From assembly GCA_963734495.1 (NCBI GenBank), contig CAVTHK010000005.1:1-64000 (forward strand): DNA of 64,000 nt, written 5' to 3'. The DNA is from an uncultured Spirochaetota bacterium. Its GTDB lineage: Bacteria > Spirochaetota > Spirochaetia > SZUA-6 > CAVTHK01. The notes below the pieces were generated by a model. The model searched no databases and was not told the origin of the DNA. It was given only the letters and a program-made list of their open reading frames with translations. Shown one piece after another: positions 38,922 to 49,246 of this stretch. A program made the position numbers and the translations under genes. Within the stretch, counting starts at the first letter, position 1, and the number at the start of each line of letters is the position of its first letter.

Positions 38922-39736
38922 AGCAGGTCGCGCTCCCCGCGGGGTTCGACGGCGCGTCGCCCTTGGAGCTGAGAGGCGACGAGTTCCACCACCTGGCGCG
39001 GGTGCGCAGGATCAGGGCCGGCGACCGCCTCCGGGGCCGCACGCTCGACGGCCGCGCCTTCGACCTCGTGGTCACCGAGGTCGGGCGCGACAGCCTGACC
39101 CTCGCCGCGGTCGCCGCCGTCGACGAGAGCGCCGCGTACCCGTGGGAAATCACGCTGCTGCAGTGCGTCCCTCGGGGGCCGAAGCTGGACCTGATCGTCC
39201 GGCAGGCCGTCGAGGCGGGCGCGAGCAGCATCGTGCTCGTGCAGAGCGAGCGCTCGCGCGCGCGCGAAGGCGACTGGACGCAGCGCCTGCGGAGGCTCAA
39301 GCGCATCGCCCGCGAGGCGATGGACCAGAGCGGTGCCCGGCGGCCGGCGGCCATCGCCCCTCCGGTGCCGCTGGAAAGCCTGGCGGCCGCGCCCGGGGCG
39401 GTCTCTCTCTTTCTCCACGAAAAGCCGGTCGCCTCTCTTGAAGGTGCCGGGCGATTCGTCTATAGTCCACGCTCGATCGACGATGCGTCGCCGCCTGCCG
39501 CCGCGCCCGGCCTGCACGAACACCTGGCCGGCGGGCCGGCGCGAGTCGATCTCCTCGTGGGGCCCGAGGGAGGGCTGGCCGCCCGCGAGGTCACCCGCCT
39601 TCTGGGGGCAGGCTTCAGGCCCGTGCACCTGGGCGACACAGTCCTCCGCGTCGAAACCGCCGCCGTCTTCGCCCTGGGCGCAGTCAAGACGCTCTTGCGG
39701 GAGCGCGAACGATGGACAGTCCGAAGACAGCAGTAA
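38918..39736 (+). CDS. rsmE: 16S rRNA m3U1498 methyltransferase
   Basis: HHLARVRR, VGPEGG, LRVETA. Confidence 0.9.
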   Translation: MKQVALPAGFDGASPLELRGDEFHHLARVRRIRAGDRLRGRTLDGRAFDLVVTEVGRDSLTLAAVAAVDESAAYPWEITLLQCVPRGPKLDLIVRQAVEAGASSIVLVQSERSRAREGDWTQRLRRLKRIAREAMDQSGARRPAAIAPPVPLESLAAAPGAVSLFLHEKPVASLEGAGRFVYSPRSIDDASPPAAAPGLHEHLAGGPARVDLLVGPEGGLAAREVTRLLGAGFRPVHLGDTVLRVETAAVFALGAVKTLLRERERWTVRRQQ

Positions 39737-40464
39737 AGCGCATCAGGTTCCTCGACGTGCCCGTCGACGCGGTCGAGCCCGGCGAGGCGATCCGGGTCCT
39801 CGACCGGCTCGCCTCCGACGGCGAGCGTCACCACGTGGTGCTGCTCACCGTGCGCCGGCTCATGCGCGCCCGCCGCGACATGCTCTACTACCGCTACGTG
39901 AGCCGGGCCGGCCTGGTCCTCCCGGTCTCCCGCGGCATCGTCCGGGGGGCCCGCTTCCAGAGAAAGCCGGAGCTCTCGCACTTCGAGCCGTTCGACTTCG
40001 TCATCCGGCTGCTCACGCTCGCGGAGGAGTCGGGCCGCTCCGTTTACCTGCTCGGCGGCCGCAAGGCCGACCTGCTGCAGGCGGAGAGCAACCTGCGCGC
40101 ATCGTTCCCCGCGCTGCGGATCATCGGGCGGTACGCGGGGCATTTCCGCAAGCAGGAGGGCAAGTCGATCGTCATGGCGATCCGCAAGTCGGCGCCCGGC
40201 TTCCTGCTGGTGGGCAGCGGCGTTCCCGGCCGCGAGAGCTGGATCGCGACGATGCAGAAGGAGTTCGCTCCGGGCGTGGCGGTCTGGATCGACGACTGCT
40301 TCGAGGTCTTCGCGGGACGGAGCAAGCGGCCCAGCCGCGAGGCTTTCGAGCGGGGCACGGAGTCGCTGGCGGCGATCGCCTCGCGCCCATGGCTCTGGTA
40401 CCGGTTCTTCTCCTACGCCTGGTTCAAGCTGCTGGTCCTCTGGTTCCGCATGACGCACAGGTGA
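39712..40464 (+). CDS. WecB/TagA/CpsF family glycosyltransferase
   Basis: FLDVPVD, VYLLGG, FPALRIIG, LLVGSG. Confidence 0.82.
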   Translation: MDSPKTAVKRIRFLDVPVDAVEPGEAIRVLDRLASDGERHHVVLLTVRRLMRARRDMLYYRYVSRAGLVLPVSRGIVRGARFQRKPELSHFEPFDFVIRLLTLAEESGRSVYLLGGRKADLLQAESNLRASFPALRIIGRYAGHFRKQEGKSIVMAIRKSAPGFLLVGSGVPGRESWIATMQKEFAPGVAVWIDDCFEVFAGRSKRPSREAFERGTESLAAIASRPWLWYRFFSYAWFKLLVLWFRMTHR

Positions 40465-40492
40465 GGGAGCCCCGCGGCGGACCGCGGCCGCG

Positions 40493-40942
40493 CTAGAGGT
40501 CGTAGAGACGCAGGTACTCGTAGACTTCGGCGAGCCGGCGCTGCAGCCGCCGCGTGATGAGCCTCCCCACCGCCCGGCGCACCGCCGGCACGAGCACGAG
40601 GATCCCCACCGCGTCGGTGATCAGGCCGGGCGCCACGAGCAGGAGGCCTGCGACCAGGACGCCCGCGACGTCGTCGAGCTCCGCCGCGGGATAGGCGCCG
40701 GCACGTATCCTCGCGCGCGCCGCCTCGAGCAGGCTCCGCATCCGCCGCGCCGCGGCGAGCGCCCCCAGCAGCCCGATCGCGGCGACGATCGCGAGCGTCA
40801 GGTAGCGCCCGATGAGATCCGCGACAAAGAGGATCAGCACGATCTCTGCGAGCGGCAGCAGCGAGATGAGCAGCAGCGTCAGGAGGAGCCGCACGACGAA
40901 GTCGGCGTCCAGGAAGCGGGCAAAGAGCCTCGCGCCGTCCAC
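40493..40942 (-). CDS. fxsA: FxsA family membrane protein
   Basis: PLAEI...LLVAPGLITDAVG...PAVR. Confidence 0.85.
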   Translation of the reverse strand: MDGARLFARFLDADFVVRLLLTLLLISLLPLAEIVLILFVADLIGRYLTLAIVAAIGLLGALAAARRMRSLLEAARARIRAGAYPAAELDDVAGVLVAGLLLVAPGLITDAVGILVLVPAVRRAVGRLITRRLQRRLAEVYEYLRLYDL

Positions 40943-40950
40943 GCGCGCCC

Positions 40951-41904
40951 CTAGCTCGGGAACATCTGGCTGATGCTCTCGCGGCGCGCGATCCTGCGGA
41001 TCGCCTCGCCAAAGCAGGGCGCGACGCTCACCAGCTCGATCTTTTCCGAGAACTGCACGGGCTGGTTCTCGACTGTGTCGGTGATCAGGAGCCTGCGGAT
41101 CGGGCTCGCGTCTATCCGCTCGATCGACCCGGGCGCGAACACGCCGTGGGTGACCAGGGCGTAGATTTCGCGCGCGCCCTTCTGCTCCAGCCGCTCCGCC
41201 ACCTTGGTCAGCGTCCCGGCGGTGATCACGAAATCGTCGACGATGAGGGCCGCCTTGCCCGCGACGTCGCCGATGATGTCGGTGATCTCGGCCTGCTCGT
41301 CGTGGTGCCTGCGCTGCTTGTCGCCGATGGCCACCGAAGCCTTGACGTAGTCGGCGATGAGCCGCGCCTCGTCGGCGAAGCCGGTGTCCGGGGCGACGAC
41401 CACGATGTCTCCGCTCACCGCATCGCGCACCCGGTCGCAGAGCGCCGGATGGCCGTAGAGGTTGTCGACGGGGATGCGGAAGAATCCCTGGATCTGCGGC
41501 GCGTGCAGGTCCATCGTGACGACGCGGTTCGCGCCCGCCGCCTCGATGGCGTCGGCGCAGACGCGGGCCCGGATGGAGACTCGGGGCTCGTCCTTCTTGT
41601 CGCCCTTTCCGTAGCTGAAGTACGGGATGACCGCCGTGACCGAGGCCGCGCTCGCGCGCTTGAACGCGTCGAGCCAGAACAGCAGCTCCATGAAGTTGTC
41701 GTTGGTCCGGTGCACGGTCGACTGCACGATGTACACGTCGCGGCCGCGCACGTTGTCCTGGACCCGCACGAACAGGTTCCCGTCCGAGAACACCACGGTT
41801 TCGTTGCGGCCGAGCGGGGTCCCGAGGTAGTCGCAGATGGCACGGGTGAGCCGGCGGCTTCCGCTGCCGGCAAAGACCATCAGGTCGTCCGGAGAGGCGC
41901 CCAT
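40951..41904 (-). CDS. prs: Ribose-phosphate pyrophosphokinase
   Basis: FSDGN, VIPYFSY, DLHAPQIQGFF, VAPDTG, IVDD, THGVF. Confidence 0.95.
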   Translation of the reverse strand: MGASPDDLMVFAGSGSRRLTRAICDYLGTPLGRNETVVFSDGNLFVRVQDNVRGRDVYIVQSTVHRTNDNFMELLFWLDAFKRASAASVTAVIPYFSYGKGDKKDEPRVSIRARVCADAIEAAGANRVVTMDLHAPQIQGFFRIPVDNLYGHPALCDRVRDAVSGDIVVVAPDTGFADEARLIADYVKASVAIGDKQRRHHDEQAEITDIIGDVAGKAALIVDDFVITAGTLTKVAERLEQKGAREIYALVTHGVFAPGSIERIDASPIRRLLITDTVENQPVQFSEKIELVSVAPCFGEAIRRIARRESISQMFPS

Positions 41905-42019
41905 CGGCTGCATCATAGCGGAAACGGCGCGGCGAGCCAACGGTCGGGCCGGCGGCGCGCCGCGGCGCGCCGCGCCATCTCCTGGCGGGCGCCGGGCGCC
42001 CCTGCTATACTCCGTGTGC

Positions 42020-43276
42020 GTGGAACGCGCCCGTTCGAGACACCCCTGCTTCCTCCCGGCCGCGGTCCTCTCGGCCCTGGCAGCCGCGGGCCCGATGGCA
42101 GCCCAGCCTGCGGAGGGCCGGGCGCCGGCACCGCGGGTCTGCGTGCTCTCCCCGGTGGACCTGAGCGACGGCGCCGGGTCGTCCGCCGGCGGTGTCGGCG
42201 ACGCGATCGCCGAGATCGTGGAGAAGCGCGCGGCCGCAGCCGGCCTCGAGGTGGTCGCTCGGGAGCGATGGGCCGCGGCCGCGGCCCAGGCTTCCGCCCG
42301 CGACCTGCTCCACGGTCCCGCGGCCGTGCGGCTGGCGGCGGCCGCCGGGGCGGACCTGGTGGTCACGGGCTTCTACCGCAGGGAGGCCGCGGGCCGCGCG
42401 CTGCTCGAGCTCAAAGGCTACGACGTGGCCGGCAGCCGGATCCTCGCGGCGGTGACGGCGCACACGCGGAGCGGCCTCGCGCTGTACGGCGCGACGGAGG
42501 CCGCCGCGGACCGCCTGGTCGCGGCCCTCAAGAACCCGCCCCCGCCGCCGCCCGGGCGCGCCGAGCGCGTGCAGCCGGGTCTCACGCAGATCACGCTCCT
42601 TTCGCCCGACGAAGGGGCAGCCGTCTTTCTCGCCGGAGAGGAGCCGGCCGGCAAGGTGTCGGGCGGCATCGTGACGCTCGAAGCCCCGGCAGGGACCGTT
42701 CTGGATATCGAGCTCCGCAAGCCCGGCTTCCATTCGCGGCGCTTCACCGTCGGCTCGCAGCCGGAAGAGACGCTGCCAGCGCTCGCGCCGGAGACGCGTT
42801 GGAGCGCGGGGCTGCTCCTCACCTCCGACCGCCTGATCGGCGCGGGCGTCACGGCGCGGCGCTATCTCCTGCCCGACCGCCTGTTCGCCGGCGCCGAGAC
42901 CTTTGTCTACAGCCCGCCCTCCGGCGACGAGCGCGGCCCGGGCTTCCGCGTCGACCTGCGCCTGCTGCTCGGCGGGCACGTTCCGGCGGATGCGCTGGCG
43001 CCCCTCCGCTTCGGCCTCGCGGCGGGCGCGGGGGTCCAGGTGCTGAACCTCCTCGATTCGGGGCCTCCTCATCTCGATCCCTACCTGAGCGCGGCCTCCG
43101 TGGGCCTCGAGCTCAGCATGAAGGGCTGGACCGCGTTCGCCCGCGCCGAGGCCAGGTATTCGCTGGACGTCGCGGATCAGAGCTGGGGCGGGACGTGGCA
43201 GTCGTGGAGCCTGCCGGGCCTGTCGGGCTGGAGCCTCCCGCCCCTGACCGCAGGCCTGGTGAGGAACATACGATGA
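42020..43276 (+). CDS. Exported hypothetical protein (CsgG/TolB-N-like plus PEGA-like plus beta-rich C-terminus)
   Basis: Signal peptide, GADLVVTGFY, LELKGYDV, LRKPGF. Confidence 0.6.
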   Translation: MERARSRHPCFLPAAVLSALAAAGPMAAQPAEGRAPAPRVCVLSPVDLSDGAGSSAGGVGDAIAEIVEKRAAAAGLEVVARERWAAAAAQASARDLLHGPAAVRLAAAAGADLVVTGFYRREAAGRALLELKGYDVAGSRILAAVTAHTRSGLALYGATEAAADRLVAALKNPPPPPPGRAERVQPGLTQITLLSPDEGAAVFLAGEEPAGKVSGGIVTLEAPAGTVLDIELRKPGFHSRRFTVGSQPEETLPALAPETRWSAGLLLTSDRLIGAGVTARRYLLPDRLFAGAETFVYSPPSGDERGPGFRVDLRLLLGGHVPADALAPLRFGLAAGAGVQVLNLLDSGPPHLDPYLSAASVGLELSMKGWTAFARAEARYSLDVADQSWGGTWQSWSLPGLSGWSLPPLTAGLVRNIR

Positions 43277-44496
43277 GGCCGCGGGCTGCCTGGCTCCTCG
43301 CAGCGCTCACGCTCGCGGCCGTCCCTGCCGCGGCCGAGAACGCGCCGAGACGGGTCCTCGTGTACTTGACGGCGCTTCCCGGCTCGGGTGTCAAGGACGG
43401 GGAGCTCGCCGCGCTCTACGAGACGCTGCTGGCGCGGCTCGCTGAGGACGCGCCGTCGGTCGTCGCGGCCGAAGCCCCGACGGTCGGCACCGCGCCCGCG
43501 GCCCCCGGCGAGCGTTCCCGCGAAGCCTGGGGCGCGGGCGCCGACGGCTGGCTCTGGGTCGGGGTGGGCGGCGGCGCCAAGGCGCTCGTTCTCCGCGTGC
43601 AGTCCTTCGACGTGGCCGCCGGCGGCGATCTGCGCGAGCGCACCTTCGAGAAGCCGCGGGCGGATCGGATCGAGGATTCGTTCTGGGACGAAGTCGTCGC
43701 CGAGGCGCAGAGCCGCTTCAGCGTGCCCGCGGCGCGCCGCGACGAGCGGTCCACGGCGGTGAGCGTCCACGCGGCGCCCGGGACGCGCATCAGCGGCCTG
43801 GCGGGCGGCGAGATCGTGGTCGGAGCCGGCGGGGAAGCGTCGGTCGCGCTGCCTTCGTACGGCACCTACACGCTCACGGCCACCCATCCGCAGTACCGGC
43901 CCTTCGCGAAGACCTTCTATCTCAAGGACATGCCCCTGCTCATCGAGTGCGACCAGATGCGCGTCGGCCCGTGGGCCCTCGAGCTCGGCCTCGACAGGCT
44001 CGCCTACCCTTCGTTCCGCCTCGCCTGGTTCGCGATCCCGGACCGGCTCCTCGTCGAAGTCGGCTGGACCAGCTACACCGTGGGGATCCCGCTGTGGGGC
44101 GACGAGGCGAACACCGATCGTCCGCTGAACCTCGTCGGCGCGTCCGCGAAGGTCTACCTGGGGCGCCCGGATGCGCTGCTCCGCCCGTATGCGGGGGCGG
44201 AGGCGTTCGTGCGGCTGCTGAACAACGGGAGCGGCGACTGGCTCGGGGTCGAGCTCGACGGCCGGTCCCACGCGGGATTCGGCGTGTCGGCGGGCGTCGA
44301 GCTCGGTCGCCATCCCGTGGTCAAGCCCTTCGTGCAGTACAACCCGCGGGCCTACGTGCTCACCGACGCCGAAGGGATCAGGTGGTATTACGAGACGCTC
44401 GACCTCTACCGCGGGGACGTCCCGCGCTACGTGTACGTCGGCCCCCTGCTGGCGGATCTGTTCGACTTCGAGGCGGGGGTGAGGATCCGCCTGTAG
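43273..44496 (+). CDS. Exported hypothetical protein, similar architecture to upstream gene
   Basis: Signal peptide, GADGWLWV, LRVQSFDV, YTLTATHPQY, C-terminal FEAGVRIRL. Confidence 0.65.
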   Translation: MRPRAAWLLAALTLAAVPAAAENAPRRVLVYLTALPGSGVKDGELAALYETLLARLAEDAPSVVAAEAPTVGTAPAAPGERSREAWGAGADGWLWVGVGGGAKALVLRVQSFDVAAGGDLRERTFEKPRADRIEDSFWDEVVAEAQSRFSVPAARRDERSTAVSVHAAPGTRISGLAGGEIVVGAGGEASVALPSYGTYTLTATHPQYRPFAKTFYLKDMPLLIECDQMRVGPWALELGLDRLAYPSFRLAWFAIPDRLLVEVGWTSYTVGIPLWGDEANTDRPLNLVGASAKVYLGRPDALLRPYAGAEAFVRLLNNGSGDWLGVELDGRSHAGFGVSAGVELGRHPVVKPFVQYNPRAYVLTDAEGIRWYYETLDLYRGDVPRYVYVGPLLADLFDFEAGVRIRL

Positions 44497-45448
44497 AAGG
44501 CGCGGCCGCTTCGAAGTTGATCGTGCGCCGGACCAGGTACTCCGGCCTTGCCTTGACCTCCTCGAAGATCCGCCCCAAGTAGCCGCCGATGACGCCGAGG
44601 GTCAGGAGCTGCACCCCAGAGAAGAACACGATCGCCGTGACGATGGAAGCCCACCCGGAAGCCGGATGGATGCGGGGCGACAGCACCGAGAACAGCACCC
44701 AGGCCAGGAGCAGCAGCCCGACGGCGATGCACACCAGGCCCAGCACGATGATGATCTCCAGCGGCCGCGTCGAGAAGTAGAAGACCCCCGTCGACGCGAG
44801 CCTCAGCAGCCGCCGCGTCGTGAAGCGCGAGCGGCCCGCGGCGCGGCCGCGCCTCTCGTACTCGAACGGCACCTGCCGGAAGCCGGTCCAGGTGATCAGG
44901 CCGCGGACGTACTTGTCGCGCTCGCCGAACCGCTTGAACGCGTCGATCACGGCGCGGTTGATGAGCTTGAAGTCGGCGGAGTCCGCCGGGATGCGGCGGC
45001 CCGAAAGCAGCCGCAGCACGCGGTAGAAGACGGCGGCCGAGAGCGAGCGCAGAAGCCCCGGGCGCACGCCGCCCCGGCGCACGCCGTAGACGACGTCGGC
45101 ACGCTGGCCGCGGAGCGCCTCGAGCATCGGGGAGAGCAGCGACGGCGGGTCCTGCAGGTCGGCGTCGAGCAGCAGCGCGAGATCCCCGCGGCAGCGGGCG
45201 ATCCCCGCCGACAGGGCCGCCTCTTTGCCGAAGTTGCGCGAGAACGCGATGACGCGCACCGCGGGGTCGGAAGCGGCCAGCCGCTCGAGCACCCCGTCGC
45301 TGCCGTCGTCGCTGCCGTCGTCGACGAAGATGATCTCGTGATCGGGCCCGACCGCTTCGAGGGCCGCCTGCCTGATCTCACGGTGGGCGCTCTCGAGCAG
45401 CGCGGCTTCGTTGTAGCAGGGCACGATCACGGACAACGCGACTGCCAT
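44378..45448 (-). CDS. GT2 polyprenol-phosphate glycosyltransferase (GtrB/ArnC-like)
   Basis: VPCYNE, DDGSDD, SRNFGKE, DADLQDPP, two C-terminal TMs, EVKARP. Confidence 0.92.
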   Translation of the reverse strand: MAVALSVIVPCYNEAALLESAHREIRQAALEAVGPDHEIIFVDDGSDDGSDGVLERLAASDPAVRVIAFSRNFGKEAALSAGIARCRGDLALLLDADLQDPPSLLSPMLEALRGQRADVVYGVRRGGVRPGLLRSLSAAVFYRVLRLLSGRRIPADSADFKLINRAVIDAFKRFGERDKYVRGLITWTGFRQVPFEYERRGRAAGRSRFTTRRLLRLASTGVFYFSTRPLEIIIVLGLVCIAVGLLLLAWVLFSVLSPRIHPASGWASIVTAIVFFSGVQLLTLGVIGGYLGRIFEEVKARPEYLVRRTINFEAAAPSTGGSSPPPRSRTDPPAGGRRTRSAGRPRGRGRASRNTT

Positions 45449-45538
45449 GGATCCGATTCTTGCGCGCGCGGCGGTCGAGGTCAATCTCGCGCGCGCCCCT
45501 CGCTTGACGGCGGCGCGTGGGCGCCCGTAGTGTGAGCC

Positions 45539-48061
45539 GTGGAGACCGGCGAACGCCTCCGCTCGCGCCTGCTCGCCGTCGCGCTGTATTCGGCGGCTGT
45601 GCTGGCCGTGTGCCTCAAGGTGCCCTATCTGCTCACCGCCGAGACGCTCACGGGCTGGGACACCGTCGGCCACCTGCACCTCGCCGCGGTCTACCGCGGG
45701 CTCGTAGCGGATCTGCGCTCCGCCGGCTATGACACGGGATGGTTCCAGGGGCAGCCTGCCTTCACTCTCTATCCTCCCTTCTTCTACTTCGTCGTCGCGC
45801 TGCTCGACGCCGTGATCGGGACGTGGCTCCCGCTCAGCGCCTCGTTCAACGCGGCGATCCTGCTGGTGCTGCTCTTTTCGAGCTGCGCGTACCTCAGCTT
45901 CGCCCGCGCGCTCCTCGCCGAGGAGCGCGACACGGCGTCGGGCGCGCTGCTCGCGGCCGCCGGGCTGCTCGTGCCGCTCAGCTACTCAGGCGACGGCCTG
46001 CAGGGCGCGGGGCTGGTCGGCGCGCTGGAGGGAACGTTCGTCTCCACGCTCGGCCTGGGCCTCGCGCTCATGGCGCTCGCCTCTCTCGAGCGCTACCGCC
46101 GCGAGCGCAGGCCGGCCTCGTTCGTCCGCTTCGTCTCGCTCGCGGCGCTGCTCTTCTACACGCACTACCTCTCGACGATCTTCTTCTACCTGGTCCTCGC
46201 GATCTACTTCGCGAGCTTCTGGAAGGACCTTAAAGGAAGGCTTGCAGCGGCGGCCGCGCTCGCACCCGCGGTCCTCGCTGCGCCCGTTGTGTGGCTGTTC
46301 CTCCGCGACGGCGCGTTCTCGTCGGCGGCCGCGCAGGCGACGTACTACCCGCCGCTGCTTTCGCTTCTCGGAAAGGACTTCTACGCGGCGTGGCGGGCGG
46401 ACGCATCGCTCGAGACGCTGGCGACGCAGCTGTTCGCGCGGCTCGCGATCGCGCGCGTGCTGCCGCTCCTGCTCTTCGCCGCCGGGCTCGGCCTCGTGCT
46501 CCGCGGGCGCCTGGCAACGCCGCAGGCGCGCTTCGCCGCGGCCGCGTCGCTCGCGCTGTTCTGGCTCGCGCTCGACACGAGCCCGGCGCTGCTCCTGCCG
46601 GGCCTGCCGGTGCACTGGTACCGCGCGTTCGACTTCTTTCTCGCGTTCCTGAGCCTCCTCGCGATCCTCGCCGCGGCCGAGCTCGCCGGACGGATGCGGG
46701 CGCGAATCCCGCGGGTCGCGCTGCCCGCGGCGCTGCTCGCCCTGCTGGCGCTGCGTTTCGCGGTCTGGGACCCGCTCGCGACGGAGGAGCAGCCCACGCT
46801 CAGCCTCACCCGCAGCCTGCGCGCCGACGCGGACGCGGCGCGCCTGGCCGCGTACCTCGGGACGCTGCCGAGCGGGTCCGTCATCCTGCCCGAGGTGCTG
46901 CGCACGCGCGCGACGCACGGGAGCCCCCACTGGCTCGACTACGTCATCCAATCCGCGGGCCACCGCAACGCGCTCGGCCTTACGGTCGAGAGCTCGCTCA
47001 CTGCCATGGTGACCTACGCCTACCTGTCGCAGGGGCTCGGGCAGGTCTTCGTGTGGGGGATCGACCCGTCGTGGGCGCAGGCGCTGTTCGGCGGGCTCTC
47101 ACCCGCCGCAGCCGGCCGGCTCGCGGCGCTCCCCGACTACCTCGCCGACGCGGGGATCGAGTACATCGTGACGCAGTCGGGCTCGGCGCGCGCCTACCTC
47201 GACGGGATGCGCGGCAGGTTCGAGCGCTCGTTCGCGAGCGGCCCGCTCGCGGTGTACCGCGTGACGGGCGCGCTCCCGCCGGTGACCCTGCTGCTCGACA
47301 AGCCGTGGGGCCTGGTTGACCTCGCGGCGCTCCGCGGCGAGCCGCTCGCGGCACGCCGGGTCTGGCGCGACTTCCTGCTCGAGGCGAACTGGGTGCGCCT
47401 CGCCGCGGGCATAGACCCCGTGATCAACCTCACGCCGCGGCCCGCCGCGATCGAGGCGCTCCGCGACCGGCTCGCCGGGCTGGTCGTCGTGAACACGTCG
47501 CCGACTCCCGCTGCGTATCACAGCCTCCCGGCCTTCGCGCGGTCTGGCTTCCGCCTCGTCCTCGTGGGCTTCGCGGAGTCGTCGGTGCCGCCGGCCGCGG
47601 GCGTCGAGCTGCTCGCGCCGCCGGCCGAAGGCGGCCCCGCCGTCGGCGCGATCCCGCGGGACGCGCCCGAGCCGCCGCGCGCTGCCGCGCCGGTGCGGCG
47701 CGCGCCGCCCGCGCGCGCCTCCATCAGCGGCTCCGCCGTGCGGGCGAGCCTCGAGGAGTCGGCACCGGGCTTCGCGGGCGCCGTGGAGGTCCGGCTCTCC
47801 TATTCCCCGCACTGGAAGAGCGAAGACGGGGCCATGATCTTCCAGACCGGGCTCAACCACATGCTGGTGCTGATGCCGGAGGGCGGGCCGGACGGCGCGC
47901 CCGCGAAGCCCGAGCTGCGTCTCGGCTTTTCGGTTCCGCTCGCGCGGATCACGACCGCGGCGATGGCGCTGCTCGCGCTCGCTGCCACGTGCGCCGGGCC
48001 GGCGGTGCGGCTCGCCTGCGCCGTAAGCGCGCGCGTGCGCGCGTCACGGAAGCCTGTGTGA
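45539..48061 (+). CDS. Multi-TM GT-C-like membrane protein (PTPS-related membrane domain)
   Basis: GWDTVGH, WFQGQPAFTLYPP, >10 TMs, extracytoplasmic C-terminal region with SYSPHW. Confidence 0.75.
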   Translation: METGERLRSRLLAVALYSAAVLAVCLKVPYLLTAETLTGWDTVGHLHLAAVYRGLVADLRSAGYDTGWFQGQPAFTLYPPFFYFVVALLDAVIGTWLPLSASFNAAILLVLLFSSCAYLSFARALLAEERDTASGALLAAAGLLVPLSYSGDGLQGAGLVGALEGTFVSTLGLGLALMALASLERYRRERRPASFVRFVSLAALLFYTHYLSTIFFYLVLAIYFASFWKDLKGRLAAAAALAPAVLAAPVVWLFLRDGAFSSAAAQATYYPPLLSLLGKDFYAAWRADASLETLATQLFARLAIARVLPLLLFAAGLGLVLRGRLATPQARFAAAASLALFWLALDTSPALLLPGLPVHWYRAFDFFLAFLSLLAILAAAELAGRMRARIPRVALPAALLALLALRFAVWDPLATEEQPTLSLTRSLRADADAARLAAYLGTLPSGSVILPEVLRTRATHGSPHWLDYVIQSAGHRNALGLTVESSLTAMVTYAYLSQGLGQVFVWGIDPSWAQALFGGLSPAAAGRLAALPDYLADAGIEYIVTQSGSARAYLDGMRGRFERSFASGPLAVYRVTGALPPVTLLLDKPWGLVDLAALRGEPLAARRVWRDFLLEANWVRLAAGIDPVINLTPRPAAIEALRDRLAGLVVVNTSPTPAAYHSLPAFARSGFRLVLVGFAESSVPPAAGVELLAPPAEGGPAVGAIPRDAPEPPRAAAPVRRAPPARASISGSAVRASLEESAPGFAGAVEVRLSYSPHWKSEDGAMIFQTGLNHMLVLMPEGGPDGAPAKPELRLGFSVPLARITTAAMALLALAATCAGPAVRLACAVSARVRASRKPV

Positions 48062-49183
48062 GTTGATCGTCTTGACGTCCCTGACGGGCCCGCCGCCCAG
48101 CGTGAACGGCGACCCGGAGATCTCGCTCAGCGTCCCGTCGGACCCCACCCCGTACACGCGGATGGTCCCCACGCCGGAGTTGTCGTCCCCGGCTGCGAAC
48201 ACGTAGCGGCCGCTGTGCGAAACGGCGAGCTTGGCTCCGTTCGCCGTGCCCAGCCCCTGGGCGAGCGAGAGGCTTCCGGTGTCGCCGTCGATCCGGTAAC
48301 GGTACAGCATGTCGTCGCTGCCCGCCGCGTACAGAAAGGCGCCCCAGTCGTCGACCGCGAGGCCGGTGGCGCTGAGGTTCGTCGCCCCGAAGCCAAGCCG
48401 GAAGGGCGAGCCGCTCACAGGCGTGAGCATGCCGGTCGAATCGATCCGGTAGCCGACTATGTTCTGGTCGCTCGTCGCGCCGAGGATGCCGTAGACGTAC
48501 GGCCCCGACGCGTCGAGCGCCAGGCGGATCGCGGCCGCGGCGGAGTTGACGGAGCCCAGCGGCCCCGACGGCAACCCGGCGTCGACCCCGTACCTCGTGA
48601 TGAACGTGGGCAGCCCGATGCCGAGGTAGAGGAAACGCCCGCCGGGATCGACGACCGCGTCGTACGGAGCGCACCCCACGCCGAGCGTGGCACCGAGGAA
48701 CGAGAGGGCGCCTGTCCCTGCGTCGAAACCGTAGCTCGTGATGGCCTGCGCGCTTCCCGAGTGGATGATGTGGGCGTACCTCTCCTTCGGGTCGATCGCC
48801 ATCGCGATGGGGCTGGTCAGCGTCGGGATGAAGGGGCCGATGCCGGGGAGGGTGGCGAGCGTCCCGTCGCCCTGGATCTGGAAGCCGTAGACGTTGTTGC
48901 TCAGGAACGGCAGGGCGTACAGGAACGATCCCGAAGGCGCGGCCGTCAGCATTCCGATGCATCCGGCGCCGAACGGGGAGCCGGCGAGCTTTGTGATCCG
49001 GCCCGTCCTCACGTCGACGTCGAACGCGTCCACGCCCGTCGCGCCGCCGGCGTAGAGGTACTCCTTGCCAAGGATCACGGCGAGCTCCTGGTCCGAAATG
49101 AAGAAGGGAGCCCCGCAGCCCGTCATGACCGCGAGAAACACTGAGGCGAACAAAAGCCCGGCAAAGCGTCGTCCGTTTCGCAT
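48044..49183 (-). CDS. Lactonase-family 7-bladed beta-propeller lipoprotein
   Basis: Lipobox AVMTGC, repeated GSPF / P.G.FLY blades. Confidence 0.8.
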   Translation of the reverse strand: MRNGRRFAGLLFASVFLAVMTGCGAPFFISDQELAVILGKEYLYAGGATGVDAFDVDVRTGRITKLAGSPFGAGCIGMLTAAPSGSFLYALPFLSNNVYGFQIQGDGTLATLPGIGPFIPTLTSPIAMAIDPKERYAHIIHSGSAQAITSYGFDAGTGALSFLGATLGVGCAPYDAVVDPGGRFLYLGIGLPTFITRYGVDAGLPSGPLGSVNSAAAAIRLALDASGPYVYGILGATSDQNIVGYRIDSTGMLTPVSGSPFRLGFGATNLSATGLAVDDWGAFLYAAGSDDMLYRYRIDGDTGSLSLAQGLGTANGAKLAVSHSGRYVFAAGDDNSGVGTIRVYGVGSDGTLSEISGSPFTLGGGPVRDVKTINSHRLP

Positions 49184-49246
49184 GCGCCGCGTCCTGACCT
49201 TCAATCTATCACTGTCGCGGCCCGGGCTCAAACGCTCTCGAACGCT

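Noticed and set aside
41146..44496. 1116-aa ORF and many other long Arg/Ala/Pro-rich ORFs
   Set aside because: GC-rich shadow frames overlapping recognisable genes; the real CDS here starts at 43273
44378..44496. Functional antisense overlap of GT2 with the upstream gene (also 48044-48061 and 63616-63661)
   Set aside because: Low-complexity C-terminal run-through is expected in GC-rich DNA
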